The position numbers were made by a program, and so were the translations under genes. From positions 32,907-96,906 of the forward strand of contig JAOPTX010000047.1 in the NCBI GenBank assembly GCA_051532055.1: a stretch of 64,000 bases of DNA, read 5' to 3'. The DNA comes from Fibrobacterales bacterium (lineage in GTDB: Bacteria; Fibrobacterota; Fibrobacteria; Fibrobacterales; JAOPTW01). Position 1 is the first letter of the stretch. Every line of letters starts with the position of its first letter. Shown here piece by piece: positions 31,858-41,409 of this stretch. Under the pieces are notes generated by a model that saw only the letters and a list, made by a program, of their open reading frames with translations, was not told the origin of the DNA and did not search any database.

Positions 31858-32468
31858 TGTGATTTATTATAAAAAAGATATCAATGTTAATGCGCCTCTT
31901 GAAGCAATCAATGATGCGCGTGAAGAAGCAGAATATATGAAGGCACGGGCTGCGACTCGATCTGCCTAATATATTTCATCTGCAATGTTAACTATTTCTT
32001 ATAGAGCTTTGAGGTTCGTGTTGATCACTCGTTGAACTCTTTTTCTTCTGCTTTCGTTACCGGTTTGGGTTGTATCAATAGAAAGAGCAGCACGGCACCT
32101 TACTGAGGATGGAGATGTTGTCGGTGAATCTATTACCTGTGGTCTCACTCACCAGCTTAGACGGGTAAAGTCTTGTGTGGATGAGTTTTTGGAGCATCAT
32201 TTCTTGGAGAGGTTTCGGTATGGGGAGGTTGAGGGGGACTAGTACTTTTGGGCTATTTGAATGTGGGGAGATATTTTTATTTTGTTGGGTGCTTCTCTGG
32301 GGCTTATGCAGTACTTGTGTTTTTGCCAGAGAAGTATGTAATGCCAACTTATTTAGTTGTGGCTAATTCTAAAGGGCGGGAAACAATTGTTTTTTGAATT
32401 TTTGAAAACGCCACGTCCTGTGGCGTTGATTTCTATATTGACAATAAATATTCTATAGTGAGTGCTTC

Positions 32469-34103
32469 ATGAATAGAGAGAAGCTTAAAGTATTATTGGC
32501 TAAATTTCTGGATAAGAACTCTAGTGAAAAAGTACTTCTTATAAAAGGTGACTGGGGAGTAGGGAAGTCATTCTTCATTGAAGACTTTCTTGAGGAGTGG
32601 GGGAATGACCCAAAGAATGAAGAAATAAACAATATTGGAATAACTTCTTTATTTGGTGTTTCAGAGTTCAAGCAATGTCTTGGTCGAATTCATTTTCCCA
32701 TAGATTCCAAGAATAGGCTATTCAAAAAAGGATTCTTGTTTTTATCAAATAATGTTAAAAAGTTTTTACCATCTAGTATTCCTACTGGTCTAGGGGTTAA
32801 TTTTGATATTGGTAATGTCTTGGAAACTCTATTGGGTGTTATGCTTAAAAATGGTGTTTTAGTAATCGACGATATTGAGAGGAAAAATAAAGATCTACCG
32901 CTTAGTGGGGTTTTAGGGGCAGCAACATTTTTGGCGGAGAAGAAGTTGCGGAAAATTATAATAGTATTTTCTGAAAAGGACTTAAACGATGACGATAAGG
33001 AAGCAATTCAAGATTTAAGAGAGAAGGTTGTCGATTTAGAATATAAGTTTTCTCCTTCTTCTAACGAGAATGCACAATTGTTTCTAAAGAACCCTAAAAA
33101 AATTGATTTCATAGAACAAATGGAGATTACAAATCTTCGAATTATAAAAAAAATAGAATATGCATGGAAGAATCTAATAACTGGATTTTCATTTGGAAGT
33201 AATGAAATAAGATCCGAATTAATTACAAAAGTAGGAGTGTTGAGCTTAATTCATTTGTCAGATAAAATTCCCTTTAAGGTAGAAGATGTTCTAAATCAAT
33301 ATGAATGGATTTCTGAACGAAAAGATCAGAAAATTATTAAATACAGAAGGATGTTGTCAGATTTAGAATACTATTTTGATGAACGTGATATTCCGATTAT
33401 TAATTTTCTTGCAAATGGAAGCTTTGTTAAAGATAAGTGGCAGGCTTCAATAAACTCTTACTTTACTGATATACAAAGTGAGGAGTTTAAAACTGAGTAC
33501 AGGCAGCTGTGGAAAAATTTCAACGGGAATTTTAAAGTTGATTATGAGACTCTGATTGAAAAGTTTGTAGGGTTTCTTGATGTTAATGCAGAAAAGTTAT
33601 ATCCGAATCAAATAGAAGACATATATAGGCTGTTTGATAATCTTGAATATGATTATACTGCTAGAAAGTGGTTAGAAACTTCCATACAAAATAATTTGGA
33701 GATGCTATCAGACGCTAATGTCAAAAAATATTTATCACAAATTAATGATTCTGAAGTTACAAAGTTACTTGAAGAACGATTAGAAAGAGAAAGTTTAAAA
33801 AGTGACTTTGTAAGTAGTATTAACAGGATAATTGATAATGATCAATGGTATGGTGAAGACTCAATCATCATGCAAAACTCAACGGTAGAAGATTTCAAGG
33901 GTTGGATTTTAAATTCGGAAGATATTAATCTATTGCAAAAATTGAGAAAAGCGAAAGGATATTTGAATGCTCAAAATCATAATTTTGGTAATGCATACAA
34001 TCAATTAATTTCTGCTGCGGAAGAAATTTCTCAAATAGGTAGTACTGAATTCGATAGAAAATTGAATGCAGAGCGTATGAAAACATTTGTTTTAGATGAC
34101 TAG
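32469..34103 (+). CDS. KAP-family P-loop NTPase
   Basis: Walker A IKGDWGVGKS, SLFGV, Walker B VLVIDDIER, REKVVD, NLRIIKK. Confidence 0.85.
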   Translation: MNREKLKVLLAKFLDKNSSEKVLLIKGDWGVGKSFFIEDFLEEWGNDPKNEEINNIGITSLFGVSEFKQCLGRIHFPIDSKNRLFKKGFLFLSNNVKKFLPSSIPTGLGVNFDIGNVLETLLGVMLKNGVLVIDDIERKNKDLPLSGVLGAATFLAEKKLRKIIIVFSEKDLNDDDKEAIQDLREKVVDLEYKFSPSSNENAQLFLKNPKKIDFIEQMEITNLRIIKKIEYAWKNLITGFSFGSNEIRSELITKVGVLSLIHLSDKIPFKVEDVLNQYEWISERKDQKIIKYRRMLSDLEYYFDERDIPIINFLANGSFVKDKWQASINSYFTDIQSEEFKTEYRQLWKNFNGNFKVDYETLIEKFVGFLDVNAEKLYPNQIEDIYRLFDNLEYDYTARKWLETSIQNNLEMLSDANVKKYLSQINDSEVTKLLEERLERESLKSDFVSSINRIIDNDQWYGEDSIIMQNSTVEDFKGWILNSEDINLLQKLRKAKGYLNAQNHNFGNAYNQLISAAEEISQIGSTEFDRKLNAERMKTFVLDD

Positions 34104-34192
34104 TATTTGTTCATGGCTCCCTCATCCCTGAGTGCGCCATGATTTCAAAAATTCAAAAAACCTTTGGCCTATGCTGTAGCCCTTTAGAACTA

Positions 34193-34340
34193 GCCACAAC
34201 ACTCATAGCAGTCAATAATTTGATCATAAGCTAGCTGCATTCAGTCGGTCGCTAAAGCTCCTCGTCTTCATGCAACCCAAGCAAAGCTTGGGAGCTCGCT
34301 AATGATCAAATAACTGCCTACTCTGAGGAACGTTGGGGTT
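34193..34340 (+). repeat. attC-like recombination hairpin 1
   Basis: GCCACAAC...GTTGGGGT ends; inner pairs CTCA/TGAG, TAGCAGT/ACTGCCTA (one bulge), TTTGATCAT/ATGATCAAA, TGCAT/ATGCA. Confidence 0.7.
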
Positions 34341-34439
34341 AATTACAAAGGGCTGGAAAGGTTATTGATTAAAATTTCAGAGCACATCTAGTAACCAATT
34401 TCTATATCTATGTAATATCTTTTCGATTGGTAGCATTTT

Positions 34440-35877
34440 ATGTTTAAAGCATTAGAGCCTTATTATGAAGAATTCCAAGAAAAGCTTCTGAGCGCAATTG
34501 CTCAAGGTTTTAGAGAAATAGAAAAGAATGATCCTAATTCATTGTATTGTAGTAATCATTTTAATTGGCCTTCACTTACTTTTCATAGGAATGGATTACC
34601 TTGGTTATCTAAAAGTTTAAATGGGGATAAGAAGGATTACTCTACTTTTTTCTCTAAATGGGATTCTCTAAAAACTATTGATTATGAAATTCCCAAGTTT
34701 AAAGATTTTATTGATTTTGTTAAGAAATAAATTGATGCCACAAGAGTGGCAGGTAGTTGGGGACAAAGAAGACTTATTCGAAACTACAGGTATACAAAGT
34801 ATTATTACCATGCATATAGACCGTTTCATACATGTTTATGGTGAATTTGAATATTCTGAAGATAAATGTAAAGATATTATCTCAAATTTCATGGAGTTCG
34901 TTTTTGGTGAAAAACTAATAATGGATATTAAAATCCCTATTCTGTTTCTTAATTTTGATTTTGAGTCATATGAATTGACAGAAGGAATTAAAATTCAAAA
35001 ACTTTCTGAAGGTGAGCATTTAGCCAGGTTTGAAGTAAAAAACTATAATTTAAGTGTACATGATTCTGTACTTCAATCTGCCACCCACGCATTGGTACTA
35101 GAACACTATGCAATGTCTAATAATGCAGTATTGTGGGATTTTAAAGAATTAAAGAATAAGGATATTTACCCTAAAGAAATTATAGAACAATTTTTTTCTG
35201 CCTTAAGGATTTGTACAAATTACAAGACTGGCTATGCACAAATATTAGCTGTAGCAGATCATTGGCATGCATTGTGTAAAGCTGATTTACCATATATTGA
35301 TGGTGTTAGTACTAGATCATATTCCAGCGAATTAGAAGATTATTATTGGAATATGCCAGAAGTGCCTATAATATCTTCAGCTACACTTAATGATATCCAA
35401 AATCTATTTATCAAACTTAAAGAAATTTCATCTAATTCAGTTCAATTAGCTACCAAAAGATTAAATAGGTGCTTAACACGTGACAATGAAGAAGATGCAG
35501 TCATTGATGCTACAATAGCCCTTGAAGCATTGCTAGTTGATGAAACAAGTGAAATGACTCACAAGCTAGCGATGAGAGGTGCTGCATTGTCACAACTGTC
35601 GCCTGAAATCACAAAATCTCCAGATAAAGTTTTTAAAGACATAAAAAGCATTTATACATTAAGATCAACTATCGTGCATGGAAGTACTATAACTGATAAA
35701 AAAAGACTTTTACAAGTTAGTGAGAATAAAAAGATACCCGTATTAGATCAGGCTATAGAGTATTTAAGGATATTTCTAAAAATATTAATCTTAAACCCCC
35801 ATTATTTGAAACCAATAGAAATTGACAATGCATTACTAAAAGGTGAAATAGGTGAGGGAGAGGCTCTATACCTATAA
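34440..35877 (+). pseudogene. ApeA-like HEPN-domain protein split into two overlapping frames (34440-34730 and 34678/34735-35877)
   Basis: ALEALL..E..E..HKLA.R and RxxxxH motif LRSTIVHG; frame break at AAGAAATAAA (about 34722-34731). Confidence 0.6.
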
Positions 35878-36130
35878 TAGAGAACGTTGTGGACAATAGG
35901 TGAGGAGTCTGGTGAGTACAACTACAGTATAATTCAAAATTTCAATGAACCAAAATACGTCCTGTTTTTGGTTTTATTTCAAAAGTCGTAAAAAGTGATG
36001 TCCAGACCATTTTCTATACTCGTAAAATTTCTTGTCCTTGTTTAGAAAAATGTGGAGAATAACCACAGGTATTGCGGGTTGCTGAAAAAAAATAATTAAC
36101 TTTATTAAGAAAATTTCTATGGAATAAATA

Positions 36131-36925
36131 ATGATTAAGATGATTTTTCTAGTAAGCTTTTTAGTTTTGTTTTTTACCGGATGCGATAATACTTCTACAA
36201 ATAGTGATAATTCAACTTTAAGTAACCTTGAAGAATCAAGTGACTGGATTCAATACTATAAGAAAAATGACCCTTGTGTGGCAATTACCGGTGGTACGTT
36301 TATAATGGGTGATACTCATCAAAGAGAAGAGCCTTCTAATGAAAATATACCTCATGAGGTGACGGTCAGTGATTTCTGTATAGATTCTGTTGAAGTTACT
36401 AGAATTATGTACGAACGGGTTACGGGAGGTACTGCCGAATTTCAAGACTGTGAAGAAAATAACTGCCCCATTGTAAACGTTCTTAAAAATCAGTCCGAAG
36501 GGTTTTGTTCACTACTAGGGAAACGTCTTCCTACAGAAGCAGAATGGGAATACGCCTACAGAGCCGGGACTACTACACTTTTTTTCTGGGGTGATGACCC
36601 GTTTGATGATGCAATAGCCGAAGAATATGCATACTTTGAAGCAATGTCGTACAAGATGTTTGAAGTTGCCCAAAAAAAACCAAACCCATGGGGACTCTAT
36701 GACATGGGAGGAAATGCTGAAGAGATTGTTAGTGACTGGTATGCAAGAGACTATTATGAAAATAGTCCCTCGATAGACCCTGCTGGACCTGAAGAAACTA
36801 CTCCATATATAATACTGCGCGGCGGGGATTTTATATCGGGTCTTGAAGAACTGCAATCAGCTACCAGAGAATATTCTAGCGTTGAACACAAAACTAGTGC
36901 TACTGGCTTCAGGTGTGCTCAATAA
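36131..36925 (+). CDS. FGE-sulfatase/SUMF1 domain lipoprotein
   Basis: Lipobox FTGC; GGTFIMG, PHEV, RLPTEAEWEYA, KPNPWGLYDMGGNA, RGG, GFRC. Confidence 0.92.
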   Translation: MIKMIFLVSFLVLFFTGCDNTSTNSDNSTLSNLEESSDWIQYYKKNDPCVAITGGTFIMGDTHQREEPSNENIPHEVTVSDFCIDSVEVTRIMYERVTGGTAEFQDCEENNCPIVNVLKNQSEGFCSLLGKRLPTEAEWEYAYRAGTTTLFFWGDDPFDDAIAEEYAYFEAMSYKMFEVAQKKPNPWGLYDMGGNAEEIVSDWYARDYYENSPSIDPAGPEETTPYIILRGGDFISGLEELQSATREYSSVEHKTSATGFRCAQ

Positions 36926-37081
36926 TTGTTAAACTATTTGAAATAGTTATGAGTTTAAGGGTTATAAGTTGTTTAACCTTTATTCATTGAGGCATTTCCA
37001 TTGAAGTGTTTCTTTTTGCACATATTCATTATGGGTGATTTTCATTTTTTTGAAACAGTAACTAAAACTCCTCACCTACTC

Positions 37082-37162
37082 GCTACAACAGCCGAAGCAC
37101 GCAAGCTTTTTTTCTATGCACTGAAGTGCAAAAAGCCTGCGTAGGTTCGCCAAGCGTTGTGC
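37082..37162 (+). repeat. attC-like recombination hairpin 2
   Basis: GCTACAAC...GTTGTGC ends; CGAAGCACGCAAGCTTTT/AAAAGCCTGCGTAGGTTCG and TGCAC/GTGCA stems. Confidence 0.68.
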
Positions 37163-37305
37163 GATGTAGCTGGGGGTATCTGCGATACAGTACCCCTACA
37201 CGATGGAACAGTGCTCCTACAGATAATTTCTTATGACAGGAAACCTAGTGAAGGTTGTCATTTGCTTAAAATGCAGAAGTTGTACCGTGGGATATTGATA
37301 CTGTT

Positions 37306-38955
37306 TTACAATCCAATCGACTGCTTAACCTCATCCACCACCGCATCCTGATCACTGAGCAGCCCTTCAAGGTCTGCTACAGCCTTTTTCCAACTTGAAA
37401 GTGTTTGAGGGCTTGCAGGATAACCAGCTTCTAAAACTTTTTCCTGCTGCATTTCTTCAACAACGGGTTCGATCATCTCTTTCCATTTGTTTAATATCAT
37501 TGCTCTTTTACTTTGTACTCTATCATACAATTCCTCAAATACTGTAGCGTATTGGTCGGGATAACAGAACCAATATTTCTCATACGGAGTTGAGGGAGTA
37601 AAAGAACACCCCGGATACCCTTTGACCGACCAGGCATCATCGAGTTCGGGCCAATAACTTTGTCCAAGATGCTGATAGTATTCATCAACCATGTCATGAT
37701 CCCATGGAATCATAAGAACTTTTTGGCTTTCAGGTAACACTACTGAATATGAATTATGCCCATTGGTCTGTGTGTTAACCCAGGTACCCATAAAAGGGGT
37801 GTCGTAGCTCAGAACTGCTTGGGCAGTAGCCACATGCCTGAGCAGTATATTTAAATCACCCCATGTATCTATGAATGATTTATACTCTTCTTTGTTTTGG
37901 ACGGTATTAAGAGCTGTTTCAAAATTTTGAACAACACTATGATCATCCTCCACTTCATTCGTTTTTAATAAATCAGAAAAGGTATTTGATTTGCTCAGTG
38001 GCCAGTAGTGTTTGTAAATATTACCACCATCATCATTAAAGTGATAGCGGGTAAATCTTCCATCAATTTGTTCAACCAATAAAAAGAGCCCTTCGAGCTT
38101 TCCGTTAATAAGGAGTCTAACATGAGTCGTTCGAGAAGCGGGAACACCCATTTCTCGGTATGCCCAATACGCAAAACGTTCACCCATATATGATGGGCCA
38201 TGATTCATTGAATGAAACTGCAGCTTTTTTAATCCATAATAGAGGCGATCAGGATATTGATCGGTATTAAATTTTACTTTCATAGATAACTTACACTGCT
38301 TTGGAGCATCAGCATCATCTTCCTTTGCACAGGGCCACCAGGAGCCCTCCGAGCCTTTGTATCGTATGAAAACATTTTTTGTGGTGTCTTCCTGGAATAC
38401 AATAGATCCAGGTACATATTCTTCTGCTATCGGGTTGGCATCTATACGATCCAGGTCATTAGGTTTTATTAACAGATTAAAGGTGTAGAGTGAATCTGGG
38501 TGAAATATATATCGGGATGAATCGCGCCAATCAGCAGTGGAAAGCAGTGTTGCGCCACTGAGCTCTTCACGATTCTTGTTTTCTTCTCGTATAATAGGCA
38601 GGTCTGTTATAGGGGGACTCGATTCAGAGCTACTAAGATGTACATCTGTTGCAGAAGAGTGCATGATATTGTGCGATATCGTTTCATGTGAACGACTCAT
38701 TTGTTCCAATGAAGAAGTATTCTCTTGGATTTTGCTCGACTGAAGTTCACTACTTGAATAGGGAGTACCCTGGGAGATTGCTTCTTCCAATGAGGAATCA
38801 AAAGAACTCAATTCAAGTGAATCTTTTAAAGAAGTTTCAGAATTTGGTGTCTCTTCATTCTCAATAGTTACTGGCAAATCATTATGGGTGTTTTGGCTAC
38901 AGTTTAAGAGAAAGAATACCATTAAGAGTGGTGCTGCAATACAGAATTTTTTCAT
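37306..38955 (-). CDS. CotH-family kinase lipoprotein with Ser-rich linker
   Basis: IRYKGS, KLSMKVKF, GLKKLQFH, GVPASRT, GLFLLVEQID, IPWDHD; start ATG 38955, lipobox LLNC. Confidence 0.85.
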   Translation of the reverse strand: MKKFCIAAPLLMVFFLLNCSQNTHNDLPVTIENEETPNSETSLKDSLELSSFDSSLEEAISQGTPYSSSELQSSKIQENTSSLEQMSRSHETISHNIMHSSATDVHLSSSESSPPITDLPIIREENKNREELSGATLLSTADWRDSSRYIFHPDSLYTFNLLIKPNDLDRIDANPIAEEYVPGSIVFQEDTTKNVFIRYKGSEGSWWPCAKEDDADAPKQCKLSMKVKFNTDQYPDRLYYGLKKLQFHSMNHGPSYMGERFAYWAYREMGVPASRTTHVRLLINGKLEGLFLLVEQIDGRFTRYHFNDDGGNIYKHYWPLSKSNTFSDLLKTNEVEDDHSVVQNFETALNTVQNKEEYKSFIDTWGDLNILLRHVATAQAVLSYDTPFMGTWVNTQTNGHNSYSVVLPESQKVLMIPWDHDMVDEYYQHLGQSYWPELDDAWSVKGYPGCSFTPSTPYEKYWFCYPDQYATVFEELYDRVQSKRAMILNKWKEMIEPVVEEMQQEKVLEAGYPASPQTLSSWKKAVADLEGLLSDQDAVVDEVKQSIGL

Positions 38956-39148
38956 ATGTCGTATTTGTTCTTTAAATACATCCTGATTAAGGTATGAATT
39001 CAAATGAAGCTTAATTGAGTAGTGTGCTGTGTCTAAAAGTATATTTCACTTTTAACTGATGTTGGTAATTCTATTATGTTGCTTCAATTTTACGCTTGGG
39101 AACACTCGGCGAACAGGGGGCTTGAATGAACTTGTGAGAATAGATAAT

Positions 39149-40600
39149 TTAATCCTTTGGCCCAACCCAAACTCCATTTACACAGGACCACTCTTCATAA
39201 ACCTCACCCTCGGTGCATGATTTATCTTCATCATTTTTACTATCATCTTTTTTGTCCCCTTCATTCCCATCTCCACAAAGTAAATCCATAGGTTTGTCTT
39301 TTTCAGGGAGTTCAGCTAAAGACTGATTGACGGCTTCTCTTCTTGCATTGACATATGTTCTCATGTCTTTAATAGCTGATGCGAATGGTGATACACTACT
39401 CTCTTTTTTACCAAATGCATTATCTATTTCTGGTTCATCTTTTATACTGTCTTCAAGGAGGTTTTCCATTCGGTCTATCTCGGCAATGATTTCTGATTCG
39501 TTCCATACCTCAGTTAAAAGTTTTTGCAGTTCCTCTACAAAGCGTTCACGTGTTGTAGTGTTTGAATAGAGCCTAAAGGGGATGATGCCATTCATAAATG
39601 CAAGTAATCCTTCATCAGAAAATTTACCGGTACTTATCATTGTTTTGTCGGCACCCCAGGGGATAAAAAATAGTTTCTCAGAAGTTGGGTCGATATAGAA
39701 ATAATAGTTGTTTACATCCGATGACATTCCGTCCGTATGATTGGTGAGCACCTCCATGCCCCAAAAGGTTAAAAATGCATCTATATCTACTAACCGGTCC
39801 AACGCTGCAACAAGTGAATCATCAGATGTTGCTAAAACATCAATCATCGCCTCAATAGCACTCATATCAGGAGCTTTCTTTTTGGTCTTCTGTTCAAATG
39901 TCCCGGTCCACCCATCTCGGAAATCACTCTGGGTACCTTCAAACAGGAGACCGTCATTGTCGGAAAAATGTTGAGCGAGAAATCGTTTTTTAATACTTTC
40001 AATATTAGAGTAGAGTCCCAGGTAGGTACCGTTCACAGTGACCTGTGCAAAGTTACACCGTGGTGCAGGTACGCCCGCTTTATTAAATAAGCTATAGGTT
40101 ATACACTGCGCGAGGTGAGATTCATCTGAGAGATTATTGTTAAGGGTGAGTCGATCAAGTCCATTTAACTCCTGGTCATCAATATATTCATCGAGCTTAA
40201 CCTTTAAGCTCGGTTTTTGTGCATTCACCGAACCGACAAAACCTTTTTTGCGTATTCCTACATTTTGAATAACAACACCATTTACTGATATTTCGCCAGA
40301 ACGGTATTCGTATGGGTCGTCCCATGGAGTATTGAGGCAGTCCTCTTGGGCAAATTGTGACCAGACATCGCGCTCCTGGTTTCGCACAAAGTCCCAGTCG
40401 CTAGAGTCGAGTGTAATTTCAACCTGAATGACTGTATTTGAATCAAAGAGCAGGTCACTACTCCCGTTTCCGATTTCAAACGAAAGTTCATTTTCATTCT
40501 CGGCCGAGTCATTCGTTTCACTGACTTCGCTGCAACCGAAAAAGAGGCTGCATATTAATAAAAATAAGGACCAAGTACTTACATTGAATACTCTGTTCAC
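39149..40600 (-). CDS. CotH-family kinase lipoprotein
   Basis: VGIRKKG, KPSLKVKLD, LTLNN, GVPAPRC, GLYSNIE, NNYY, FIPWGAD; lipobox FFGC. Confidence 0.88.
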   Translation of the reverse strand: MNRVFNVSTWSLFLLICSLFFGCSEVSETNDSAENENELSFEIGNGSSDLLFDSNTVIQVEITLDSSDWDFVRNQERDVWSQFAQEDCLNTPWDDPYEYRSGEISVNGVVIQNVGIRKKGFVGSVNAQKPSLKVKLDEYIDDQELNGLDRLTLNNNLSDESHLAQCITYSLFNKAGVPAPRCNFAQVTVNGTYLGLYSNIESIKKRFLAQHFSDNDGLLFEGTQSDFRDGWTGTFEQKTKKKAPDMSAIEAMIDVLATSDDSLVAALDRLVDIDAFLTFWGMEVLTNHTDGMSSDVNNYYFYIDPTSEKLFFIPWGADKTMISTGKFSDEGLLAFMNGIIPFRLYSNTTTRERFVEELQKLLTEVWNESEIIAEIDRMENLLEDSIKDEPEIDNAFGKKESSVSPFASAIKDMRTYVNARREAVNQSLAELPEKDKPMDLLCGDGNEGDKKDDSKNDEDKSCTEGEVYEEWSCVNGVWVGPKD

Positions 40601-40687
40601 GGAATCTCCATCAGTTTTACTAGTAACTTAAAGGTACTTAAACTTCAAAAGATACCGACGAATTTCAGGGTAGTTAACGCATCATGA

Positions 40688-41063
40688 TTGACTCGTCGTT
40701 CTCGGGTATTAACGAGCCGGATACCATATCAACTATCCTTTGAGCATAATTAACTAGTGGACCTCTATCTTTCACAAACTTTTGGCCATGATTCACTATC
40801 CGATTATGGATATTAGCTCGTGGATGCCCATATTCCACTAACTTTTGCGCCTGATTCACTGGTCGCTCGTGGATATTAGCTAGTGGACGCCTACATTTCC
40901 CTAACTTTTGGCCATGATTCACTATCCGATCGAGGATATTAGCTAGTAGACGCCCATCTTTCACTAACTTTTGATCACAATTCACTAGTGGACCGCGACT
41001 TTAGCTCGTGGATACTCACTTGTCACAAGTTTTTTAGACTCATGTGTAAGTGGACCTCCATAG
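40688..41063. repeat. Degenerate 21-nt tandem repeat array with 63-nt higher-order period
   Basis: About 17 units, e.g. TTCACTATCCGATTATGGATA / TTAGCTCGTGGATGCCCATAT / TCCACTAACTTTTGCGCCTGA. Confidence 0.85.
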
Positions 41064-41409
41064 TATTAAGATATTTTGCGAAATCGACTCATTGTTTAGG
41101 GGTTCCCATAAGATATTTCGTAGTGAGGGGACTCTGTTACCCAAAGTCACTCTACAGTCAAAAAAAAAATGAACAGTGACCCTCAATGTATAGGTGCCTT
41201 TTAAATGACATAGGGGCTAAAGCAACTCTTGCTTCTAAAATACATCAAGTTATGAAAAGATAAAAATTAAAAATTTAAAAGTTTTATTGTATGAGTGGTT
41301 ACATGGGTCAGGCAATTGTCGTTTAATGGGTACTAACTATCTGGTATTTGAATTCGGCTCAGTTGAATAGCAGACTAATGTTTATGAGCCAACACTAAGG
41401 AATACAATT

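Larger units (their letters stand above)
32356..37160 (+). mobile_element. Integron-like cassette array without integrase (CALIN-like), three cassettes
   Basis: GTT core sites at 32356, 34332, 35886 and 37156; CAAC inverse cores at 34197-34200 and 37086-37089; attC-like hairpins; co-oriented AT-rich genes. Confidence 0.7.

Noticed and set aside
32428..32460. sigma70 promoter TTGACA...TATAGT before the KAP gene
   Set aside because: The spacer is only 10 nt, incompatible with -35/-10 geometry.
32356..34200. IS element or autonomous transposon
   Set aside because: The enclosed ORF is a KAP NTPase, not a transposase. No target-site duplication is evident, and the ends coincide with GTT/AAC cores.
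40674..40985. 103-aa heptad-repeat ORF on the minus strand as a real gene
   Set aside because: The repeat extends beyond the ORF and 20-nt units shift its register at both ends; no clear RBS. Not fully excluded.
40688..41063. CRISPR array
   Set aside because: Units are contiguous degenerate 21-mers with no constant repeat/unique spacer alternation, and no cas genes are in the window.
41160..41169. Poly-A tract as a contingency locus
   Set aside because: Intergenic A-run in an AT-rich region with no demonstrable promoter overlap.
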